A stretch of 60,939 nucleotides of DNA, filler included, from Nemertoderma westbladi (Eukaryota; Animalia; Xenacoelomorpha): assembly GCA_032718475.1 (NCBI GenBank). It is 3 parts of 3 records of this genome, joined end to end, with 100 filler letters (N's around TTAATTAATTAA, not from the genome) between each part and the next. Parts side by side here need not be neighbours in the genome. Positions count along the whole stretch, not along the records: positions 51,239 to 60,939 come from JAUCBJ010003771.1; 2 more parts are not named here. One strand, 5' to 3'. Position 1 is the stretch's first letter. Every line of letters starts with the position of its first letter. The translations under genes and the position numbers were made by a program. This document shows, piece after piece, positions 60,569-60,939 of this stretch. The notes under the pieces are model-generated. The model searched no databases, was not told the origin of the DNA, and saw only the letters and a program-made list of their open reading frames with translations.

Positions 60569-60939
60569 TTCAATAACATTTATTTGATTAAATGTGAAAA
60601 ATATATAATTAATTATTTTAAGGAAGGGTGTGACATATAATTTGTTTGGTTGCTGTTATATATCGTTTCTATATTAATCGTCATATAATATCAATAATGT
60701 ATTATTGTGTATACAACGGTATAACTTTATGTACGTATGTAATATATACGGGGAATACTTAGAGATAATAATCCAGTCTTCATTGTCTTCTATATTATAT
60801 GGATCTACAATTGTTGCTAAAATCCATGAATAAACTTCTAAGATAATTCATCGCCCAGGTTACGGGAGCAATCATAGTTATATAAGTTGAATGTGGTCTA
60901 TATCACGTAATCGGTTTATAATAATAATAATACTATATT

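Overview
AT-rich animal (invertebrate-like) nuclear DNA, not prokaryotic. Three contigs are joined by artificial 100-nt spacers (N44-TTAATTAATTAA-N44). Genes: intronless CFAP298 (-), two-exon AP-1/AP-2 beta-adaptin (-), three 3' exons of an EHD-family protein that seems to end without an EH domain (+), intronless HDHD3-like HAD hydrolase (-), and seven 3' exons of prohormone convertase 2 (+). Between them are decayed CR1- and RTE-type LINEs, tRNA-derived SINEs and MITE/foldback-like repeats. The main signal is that about 22 kb of the window is four large tandem arrays (41, 41/42, 27 and 40 bp units). Each unit is an amplified copy of the host gene's own exon-intron junction, giving roughly 90-200 decoy donor or acceptor sites per intron. 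The beta-adaptin unit can be derived entirely from coding sequence, which suggests the intron itself arose by tandem duplication. Protein identities and comparisons to human intron positions come from my recall of the families, not from database searches.
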